Below, in pieces: positions 7,946 through 14,314 of a stretch of DNA of 20,000 nucleotides. Each line of letters begins with the position of its first letter. Position 1 is the first letter of the stretch. The DNA comes from an uncultured virus (IMG/VR IMGVR_UViG_3300010885_030646) (lineage: Duplodnaviria; Heunggongvirae; Uroviricota; Caudoviricetes), in the IMG/VR virus record IMGVR_UViG_3300010885_030646, positions 55,287 to 75,286 of that record. One strand, 5' to 3'. Below the pieces are notes generated by a model. The model worked only from the letters and a program-made list of their open reading frames with translations. It did not search any database and was not told the origin of the DNA. The position numbers were made by a program, and so were the translations under genes.

Positions 7946-10023
7946 TCCATATTAAAAATTTAACTGTTAAGAACTTTATGAGTGTGGGCAATGCCACACA
8001 GGGTATTGACTTTGACCGTAACGACCTTACATTGGTATTAGGCGAAAACTTAGACTTAGGTGGAGATGGATCACGCAACGGAACTGGCAAGACCACAATC
8101 ATCAATGCCCTAAGTTATGCCTTGTATGGCCAAGCACTTTCAAACATCCGCAAAGACAATCTAGTAAACAAAACCAACGGCAAGAACATGCTTGTGAGTT
8201 TGGACTTTGTTGTAAATGGTCAAGAGTACAAGATCGAACGTGGTCGTAAACCAAATGTGCTACGATTTTATGTCAACAACGAAGCTCAAGCTGTCACAGA
8301 TGAAGCACAAGGCGACAGTCGTGAAACACAAGATGCTATCGAACGTGTGATGAATATGAGTCATGACATGTTCAAACATGTGTTGGCCTTGAACACCTAC
8401 ACTGAACCGTTCCTGAGTTTAAAAGCCAACGACCAACGCAACATCATTGAGCAGTTGTTGGGTATTACCCTACTAAGTGAACGTGCTGATGCCATCAAGG
8501 AACTCAATCGGCAGACCAAAGACAGTATCTCGCAAGAAGAATTCCGTATACGGGCAGAACAAGAAGCCAACAAACGCATTGAAGAACAGATTGAAAGTTT
8601 GAAACGCAGGCAAGTGCTCTGGCAGAAGAAGTACGACAGTGATGTAGCGTACCTTGTGGCACAATATGATGATCTAGCCAAGATCAACATCGATGTTGAA
8701 TTGCTAGCTCACAAAGATCTAGCTGTATGGACCACACGTAAACAACAACAGGATGCGTATACTGCACTGGTTGGTCGCCAAACTGCTTGGCAACAAAAAC
8801 AACACCGAGACATTGGCGAGCTGGAACTAACTCTTAACACGCTCAGTCATATTGATATTCAAGCAGAACTACAAGCACATGCGGACTTGGCTGCTTACAC
8901 ACAAAAAGCCAAAGACATTGCCGATCTTGAAAAACTGATTGCTAGGTGCGTTACAGACGAGGCAAAAGAACAAAAAGTTATTGATAAACTCCGAATCGAA
9001 ATTGCGGAATTAAAAAATCACAAGTGTTATGCATGTGGACAAGACTTCCACGATGCCAATCATGAAACAGTATTGGGCACAAAAGAGAAGGCATTGCAAG
9101 AAGCCTCTCTGCAAGCATTGAGTACTAATGGTCAGTGGATGGAAAATACAGATGCATTACAAGCATTGGGTGCGCTGGGCACAAAACACACCACACACTA
9201 CGATACAGAAACACAAGCCATTCGTCATTCAAGCGAACTAGAAAACATTCAGCACAAGATTGATGCCAAACGTGCGGAAACAGATCCTTACGCTGAACAA
9301 CTGGCAGAGCATACACTGGTAGAGGTTGGTACACACCCTGTTACGCATTATGATACAGAAGCACAAGCTGTTGAGCATCGCAGTCGTATGAATACATTAC
9401 TGACTCAGATTGCTACCAAAGGAGAAGAGAAGGATCCGTACACTGAACAGATTGTTGAAATGCAACAACAGGCATTGCAGACTGTGAGTTACGATGCACT
9501 CAATGATCTCACAAGATTACAAGAACACCAAGACTTCTTGCTCAAACTGTTGACATCCAAAGATAGTTTTGTACGTAAAAAGATTATTGATCAGAATTTG
9601 AGTTATCTAAACGCACGACTGACGCACTACTTGGATCGTATTGGCTTGCCACACACTGTGAAATTCCAAAACGACTTGAGTGTGATGATTGAAGAACTGG
9701 GTCGTGAACTAGACTTTGATAACTTGAGTCGTGGCGAACGCAATCGTTTGATCTTATCAATGTCATGGGCATTCCGTGATGTATGGGAGAGTCTGTACAG
9801 CCCAATTAACTTGTTGTTCATTGATGAACTCATCGACAATGGTTTAGATACTCAGGGTGTAGAGAACGCACTAGCACTGCTGAAGAAGATGAGCCGAGAG
9901 CGCCACAAGTCAATCTGGCTTGTGAGCCACAGAGATGAACTAGCCGGACGTGTGGAGAACATTCTCAAAGTGATAAAAGAGAATGGTTTTACCAGTTACA
10001 ATACCGACGTAGAACTTGCATAA
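7942..10023 (+). CDS. gp46: Recombination ATPase subunit, T4 gp46 / SbcC / Rad50-like
   Basis: KNFMSVG, Walker A NGTGKTT, central CYAC zinc hook, signature LSRGE, Walker B LFIDE, H-loop VSH. Confidence 0.95.
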   Translation: MIHIKNLTVKNFMSVGNATQGIDFDRNDLTLVLGENLDLGGDGSRNGTGKTTIINALSYALYGQALSNIRKDNLVNKTNGKNMLVSLDFVVNGQEYKIERGRKPNVLRFYVNNEAQAVTDEAQGDSRETQDAIERVMNMSHDMFKHVLALNTYTEPFLSLKANDQRNIIEQLLGITLLSERADAIKELNRQTKDSISQEEFRIRAEQEANKRIEEQIESLKRRQVLWQKKYDSDVAYLVAQYDDLAKINIDVELLAHKDLAVWTTRKQQQDAYTALVGRQTAWQQKQHRDIGELELTLNTLSHIDIQAELQAHADLAAYTQKAKDIADLEKLIARCVTDEAKEQKVIDKLRIEIAELKNHKCYACGQDFHDANHETVLGTKEKALQEASLQALSTNGQWMENTDALQALGALGTKHTTHYDTETQAIRHSSELENIQHKIDAKRAETDPYAEQLAEHTLVEVGTHPVTHYDTEAQAVEHRSRMNTLLTQIATKGEEKDPYTEQIVEMQQQALQTVSYDALNDLTRLQEHQDFLLKLLTSKDSFVRKKIIDQNLSYLNARLTHYLDRIGLPHTVKFQNDLSVMIEELGRELDFDNLSRGERNRLILSMSWAFRDVWESLYSPINLLFIDELIDNGLDTQGVENALALLKKMSRERHKSIWLVSHRDELAGRVENILKVIKENGFTSYNTDVELA

Positions 10024-10101
10024 TTTAGCATTGTAGGCATATTTTTTAACCAATCAACTTTAAGGCATAACTATAACGCAAGGATAAATCGCACACAACA
10101 C

Positions 10102-10530
10102 ATGACATGGCTATATCAAGATACCCCAATTGAGACATTGCCCGAAGAGTGTGTTGGATTTGTTTACTTGATCACAAATAATCTTTCTGGACGCAAGTAC
10201 ATAGGCAAAAAATTAGCAAAATTTAGTAAAACAACTTACAAAACTGTAACACAAAAGAACGGCACAAAGAAGAAGAAAAAGATACGCTCAAAGATCGACA
10301 GCGATTGGCGAGAGTACTATGGGTCAAGCCCAGAATTGACTTTAGACATCGAAAAACTAGGCACCAAAAACTTCACCAGAGAAATACTTTATTACTGCGG
10401 ATCAAAATCTGAATGTAGTTATGTCGAAGCAAGAGAACAATTTGCAAGACAAGTATTAGAGTCACAAGATTATTACAACGGCCATATTCAAGTTCGTGTG
10501 CATGGCTCACACATCATAAACAAAATTTAA
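10102..10530 (+). CDS. Small standalone GIY-YIG family nuclease
   Basis: GFVYLITNNLSGRKYIGKK (GIY-YIG motif), YYGSS, F.REIL, E...Q, YYNG; 142 aa with no C-terminal DNA-binding repeats visible. Confidence 0.85.
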   Translation: MTWLYQDTPIETLPEECVGFVYLITNNLSGRKYIGKKLAKFSKTTYKTVTQKNGTKKKKKIRSKIDSDWREYYGSSPELTLDIEKLGTKNFTREILYYCGSKSECSYVEAREQFARQVLESQDYYNGHIQVRVHGSHIINKI

Positions 10531-10544
10531 CAGGCAACAATTAC

Positions 10545-10925
10545 GACTCTGTGTTGAGTGTTTGACTCAACCCCATTGAAGAACGGTGAGATACCCGGGC
10601 TGGACTTGGGCGTCAAAGGCAATTGCTAACTTAAGGCAACAAATGGTCGGGGCTATGTGAAAAAGATACAACCCCAGCTCGTAGGACTTGGATCTATATC
10701 GGGTCACTAGGGTTCCGTTGATATGTGAAGCTTGAGTAGGGGGTACCGGTCAACCGCCTCCGCGTTGGAAACAACAATCTCATTATGATAGATGACTGCT
10801 ATACTCAGATAATGGCGTTTTTTGTTCACCGTGCATACGGTGAACTATGACCACGTAATCTAGATAATAGCTAAGAAGAAAAATGTGATTGAGCTCAAGC
10901 GAAATCACAGATTAGCGTAGCTAAT
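10545..10925 (+). ncRNA. Candidate large structured non-coding RNA of unassigned class
   Basis: ORF-free gap with many stems read by eye: GTTGAGT/ACTCAAC (10553-10571), CCCGGG/CTTGGG (10594-10610), GACTTGGAT/ATCGGGTC (10685-10705), GTTG-GAAA-CAAC (10764-10775), GTTCACCGT-GCAT-ACGGTGAAC (10824-10845), plus long-range TGAGTA/TACTCA. The G-U pairs and the GAAA tetraloop favour the plus strand. Confidence 0.6.
10884..10925. terminator. Two hairpins at the convergence point of the two operons (possible terminator or 3' end structure)
   Basis: TGTGATT/AATCACA (10884-10909), followed on the minus strand by a T-rich tract (plus-strand AAGAAGAAAAA, 10873-10883); ATTAGC-GTA-GCTAAT (10911-10925) overlapping the stop codon of the convergent gene. 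Confidence 0.45.
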
Positions 10926-11970
10926 CTTTCTTAATCAACTGATGTATGTTGGGTTCTAACAACTTGTGTAGGTCTTGTGTATTGGTAGGAAATTTTTCCA
11001 ATTGCCAATTTTTTAAATTAAGATTATGTCTATAAAGCAATGCATTTTGTATGATTACTTCTTTGTAGAAATCTAAATTAAATCTTTCAAGACTCAGATA
11101 TTCGTTATGCACAATAGCATTGATAATGCGATCAAAGTGTCTTGAAAAGTATTGATCATGTTTTAATCTCCAAACGTTATATATCAACTGCCATTGGCTA
11201 ATCTGTGTTGAACTAATTGAAATATCAATAAAATGTAATATTTCAGTTGCTACAGAAAATAGATCATTCCATACATCATCTGTGGTGTACAATAAATGTG
11301 GTAATTTTTTATTGATGGCAGAATTGTACAACAGTTGGTTGTGTGGAGTGTAGTCGTAGAACATCAGTGCTAATTTTTCTCTGTTGTCCCATATGGTATC
11401 ATTGAATTTATCATCCATGCCTGTAAAAAATGTTTCTTTGTATGTTTCCCATGAGGCATCAATGCTGTCAACACCAACACCATTGCAATTCATTGGATAT
11501 CGGTCGTTGTAGATAGCATTTAATTGATCCGTTGACTGATACTCAAATTGAACCAATGGTAGATCATGTTGTTGAATCCAATCTACTAGCTTTTTTCTAT
11601 CTTCAAAAATATAATCTATGGCAAGTTGTTGTTGGGCAACAGTTGCCTCTGCTATTGTTATTGCAAACAGTTCTTGTAATGCCTGAGTTGTTGACATGCT
11701 ATTAACATAAAAACACACAACTGGTAATTCACTGTTAAAATTCACTGCCTTGCTGTATTTTTGTTTGGTCTCTTCAAACCCCCAGGACAGTAAAATTTTT
11801 TGTTGATGAAAATTTTTAGCAGTAGTGTCTGGATTAACTACACAATCAATTAACTGATTATCATCAATTAGGTACTGTGTTTGTCCAGATAAAAAATACA
11901 AACTCCAGATAACAAAATGTCCACCGGTGTTGTGAGGAAAAAATAAAAAAACAAATTTAGTTGAATTCAT
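10921..11970 (-). CDS. Hypothetical protein, paralog of 4474..5361 (possibly sulfotransferase-like)
   Basis: Likely start MNSTKF at 11970 (short overlap with the upstream gene) rather than 12015; NTGGHFVIWSL, IWDNREKL and C-terminal LEKFPTNTQDLHKLL parallel the other ORF; visibly AT-rich. Confidence 0.55.
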   Translation of the reverse strand: MNSTKFVFLFFPHNTGGHFVIWSLYFLSGQTQYLIDDNQLIDCVVNPDTTAKNFHQQKILLSWGFEETKQKYSKAVNFNSELPVVCFYVNSMSTTQALQELFAITIAEATVAQQQLAIDYIFEDRKKLVDWIQQHDLPLVQFEYQSTDQLNAIYNDRYPMNCNGVGVDSIDASWETYKETFFTGMDDKFNDTIWDNREKLALMFYDYTPHNQLLYNSAINKKLPHLLYTTDDVWNDLFSVATEILHFIDISISSTQISQWQLIYNVWRLKHDQYFSRHFDRIINAIVHNEYLSLERFNLDFYKEVIIQNALLYRHNLNLKNWQLEKFPTNTQDLHKLLEPNIHQLIKKD

Positions 11971-12295
11971 CTGGCCAATCACGGAACAGTGCATGTTGTA
12001 TCGTGCCGGAAACAAACTGATTGAAACTTCGATGTTTGGTTTCTAGTTCACCTTCAAGCGGAGCAACACGTCGAAATGCTGAATCCATTTGAGCCATGTC
12101 CTTGAACTCCATCAGTATCATCCATTCGGGCATGTCTGCAATACTTCTGAATCCCATCTTACATCTAGTAATGCGATAGTCTTGCATCTTGCCTTCTGAT
12201 TTCAAATGATCAAAGAAACTCTTCATGCCGTTGACCCAGTCTAAGTCTGAGATGTCGCCTTCTTTGTCTGCCCAAATTGTGTAAATGTCTGCCAT
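11957..12295 (-). CDS. DUF6614-like small protein (probable dimeric alpha/beta barrel)
   Basis: HL...G....YRITR.K.G......EW.I.MEF..MAQMD.AF..V.......E..H pattern recalls DUF6614; recognised from memory only. Confidence 0.5.
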   Translation of the reverse strand: MADIYTIWADKEGDISDLDWVNGMKSFFDHLKSEGKMQDYRITRCKMGFRSIADMPEWMILMEFKDMAQMDSAFRRVAPLEGELETKHRSFNQFVSGTIQHALFRDWPDEFN

Positions 12296-12296
12296 G

Positions 12297-12728
12297 TTAT
12301 AGTGGTCCTAAAATTTCAAAACCTTCAAGGTCTTGTTTGTACAGATGTGCCTGATCCAAGTACAAGTACTCAAATCCACGGTCTCTGTAGATTGCACACT
12401 CTGTTTGTAAACTTGAGATACCCAGACGTAGTCGAGGTGTACGGTAGTTCCAAGCAAACTGTGCGGCTAATAAATTTCGATCATCGTAGCGTTTCATCAT
12501 GGAAAACGCCACCAGTTCACCCGCATCCCTGTAGCCAATAAGATCCATGCCGGGCTCTGTAAACTGGCTATCAAACAGTGGCATTACACTGCCAAAGTGT
12601 TTGTAGATACAATAGGTTCTGTAGATGTCTTGCAGTTCAGCAATGTCGGGGTCGGTGATGTAGTACCAGTCCACTCTAGGCTGGTATGTTGTTTTTTTCA
12701 AGTTGATTCTAGCAAACTGATAAGTCAT
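12297..12728 (-). CDS. GNAT-fold protein resembling the C-terminal domain of aminoacyl-tRNA-protein transferases (ATE/Bpt)
   Basis: YRDAGELVAFS...QFAWNY..P.LRLGISSLQTE...RDRGFEYLYL parallels the ATE_C pattern y..dgkLvAv...ytfyDp.....sLG.ysil.ei..a...gl.y.YLG. Confidence 0.55.
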   Translation of the reverse strand: MTYQFARINLKKTTYQPRVDWYYITDPDIAELQDIYRTYCIYKHFGSVMPLFDSQFTEPGMDLIGYRDAGELVAFSMMKRYDDRNLLAAQFAWNYRTPRLRLGISSLQTECAIYRDRGFEYLYLDQAHLYKQDLEGFEILGPL

Positions 12729-13231
12729 AGTCTAGGATCTTTCCTATGTTGGAACAGTGCTGTGAGATAATGGTTGGGCCATGAGTCATAAAATCCTTTT
12801 GCAGCCATTTGTGTTGCTTTGGTGTTGAGATCACTTAGGCTTTGTACCAGGGCCAGTGCGTATGTACCTTGATTCATGCAGATACCATTGACCATTTCTA
12901 CATCAGCCGGATGATCTTCTAGCACCAATATATCTGCATCTAATAGAAATTCTTGATTGGCCTGGTCTAAACTAGAAGCAAACAGCTCGTGTGGCCATTC
13001 TGTAGGATCGTACGCATAGATAATCACTTCTCGATTGCCCATGCCGTACCTGGCTCTGTTCTTGAGATCAAAGTATGGGTCTGATCCAACGAACACTTCA
13101 TAACTGCGTTTCAAACGTGCTGATCGTGCATAAGGACAGGGCGGAAATCCGCCCAACGCAGGATGCGGAACTTCTACAAAGTTCTGAATCCACTGTTCGA
13201 TATCGTGTTTGACTTGATCTATGTTCAGCAT
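12725..13231 (-). CDS. DUF1415-like protein
   Basis: WIQNFVE.P...LGG.PPCPYA and later LEDHP...LVQ..S.L resemble the CPFA and FHP motifs of DUF1415-type proteins. Confidence 0.45.
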   Translation of the reverse strand: MLNIDQVKHDIEQWIQNFVEVPHPALGGFPPCPYARSARLKRSYEVFVGSDPYFDLKNRARYGMGNREVIIYAYDPTEWPHELFASSLDQANQEFLLDADILVLEDHPADVEMVNGICMNQGTYALALVQSLSDLNTKATQMAAKGFYDSWPNHYLTALFQHRKDPRL

Positions 13232-13237
13232 GATGTG

Positions 13238-13414
13238 TTAGAAAAACGGCAGGCCTGATTTTTTAGTGGTCTCTAAGTTGTCTTTGATAATTTCAGAAAC
13301 AGCATTGCGTTCATCAACACTGAGATTCAGTGCTGCCTCGTAGGACAGGCCGCCTCGCATGTACCAGACCATTTTTAGTGCTTCGGATTTGATTGATTTT
13401 GCCTCTTTGTCCAT
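13238..13414 (-). CDS. Small baseplate/tail assembly protein (gp51-like, or gpT-like frameshift extension)
   Basis: MDKEAKSIK..ALKMVWYMRGGLSYEAALNLSVDER..V..II..NLE resembles the short helical proteins that follow tail/hub chaperones. The frame is open upstream past the slippery site at 13468-13474. Confidence 0.6.
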   Translation of the reverse strand: MDKEAKSIKSEALKMVWYMRGGLSYEAALNLSVDERNAVSEIIKDNLETTKKSGLPFF

Positions 13415-13452
13415 TTGTTCCACCCAGTTGGAAATTTGGTCAGAGTCCAGTA

Positions 13453-14289
13453 CTAGGAGGCGTCCGCGAAAAAACTTGTCATGTCTAGTGTAATGGCCTG
13501 CAGGTAATCTCGTGTGCATTCGCCACACACAATTTTCAATGGTTGTATTTCTGCACTTAATTTTGTTTCAATAATGTGATCTCTGATTTTACTAAACAGT
13601 CTACGATCACAATTCTTCAACATGTCTTCGATGTATTCAGGTTCGCTTACCAATGCACCGGGAGTTTTCACTGCGGCAATGCTTTGTGCCAACGCACTCA
13701 CAGTGATTTCAGTAAGTTTCATCAATGCCGCACTGAGTGCAGACATGCGTTGCTCTTCGGGCATTTCAGTGCCGGGCAACACTTGTAGTATTTTTTGTTC
13801 TTCAAACTGACGTTGATTGTTTTCATTGAGATTTTGATAGGACATTGGTTTGAAATATATTTCAAGATCGCCTTCGGTTACAGGTTTTGAATAGTCAGGT
13901 GCTCGCATGTTTTCCAGCATGTTGCGCAGATCAATACCGTAGTCTGCTTCATTTTTGCAGTGTGGACAAGTGGTGGAAATTTCCATAGTAGTCCCGTAAC
14001 TGGCCATGCGTATTGCAACCAAAATAGTGTCAACATCCGTGGCAGGCATGCCCCAGGGATCCTTGATCGCAGGAACACAACTTTTGATAACATTGACCAC
14101 AGCGTTGCCGTTGAACAAGGCATCAGGAGTCTTGTATGCAATTTCATCAATGGCTGTCATTGGATAAACTGGAAGTTCTTGGTTGGCTGGCATCACAATT
14201 GCGCCATCTGCATAGTATTTTCCTCCGCTGGGCAATTTAACATACACAGCCGGCTGTCTAAAATATTGTGTTAATGGGTTATTTGACAT
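13453..14289 (-). CDS. gp26: Baseplate hub assembly chaperone, T4 gp26-like
   Basis: VKLPSGG.YY, VYPMTAIDE, D.DTILVAIRMASYG, CPHC and CGEC zinc motifs, C-terminal SFF; AGGA SD upstream. Confidence 0.75.
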   Translation of the reverse strand: MSNNPLTQYFRQPAVYVKLPSGGKYYADGAIVMPANQELPVYPMTAIDEIAYKTPDALFNGNAVVNVIKSCVPAIKDPWGMPATDVDTILVAIRMASYGTTMEISTTCPHCKNEADYGIDLRNMLENMRAPDYSKPVTEGDLEIYFKPMSYQNLNENNQRQFEEQKILQVLPGTEMPEEQRMSALSAALMKLTEITVSALAQSIAAVKTPGALVSEPEYIEDMLKNCDRRLFSKIRDHIIETKLSAEIQPLKIVCGECTRDYLQAITLDMTSFFADAS

Positions 14290-14303
14290 GATTTTTTCCT
14301 AGG

Positions 14304-14309
14304 TAAATA
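14304..14309 (+). promoter_or_regulatory. Putative late promoter TAAATA, 5 nt before the ATG
   Basis: ggTAAATAtagttATG; no SD between the motif and the start codon. Confidence 0.55.
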
Positions 14310-14314
14310 TAGTT

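Noticed and set aside
10102..10920. Group I intron carrying a GIY-YIG homing endonuclease
   Set aside because: The flanking genes are complete and convergent, so there is no interrupted exon pair, and I could not find canonical P7 (R/S) core sequences. A derived ribozyme is not fully excluded.
10531..10920. tRNA, tmRNA or RNase P RNA
   Set aside because: No cloverleaf with a GTTCRA T-loop and CCA end, no tmRNA termini, no RNase P GAGGAAAGTCC motif.
11971..12015. Upstream start of the 364-aa ORF
   Set aside because: It would overlap the preceding gene by 59 nt; ATG at 11970 matches the paralog's N-terminal layout better.
13475..13528. N-terminal part of the 96-aa ORF as an independent start
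   Set aside because: Lies inside the gp26-like gene; better explained by the -1 frameshift or the internal ATG at 13414.
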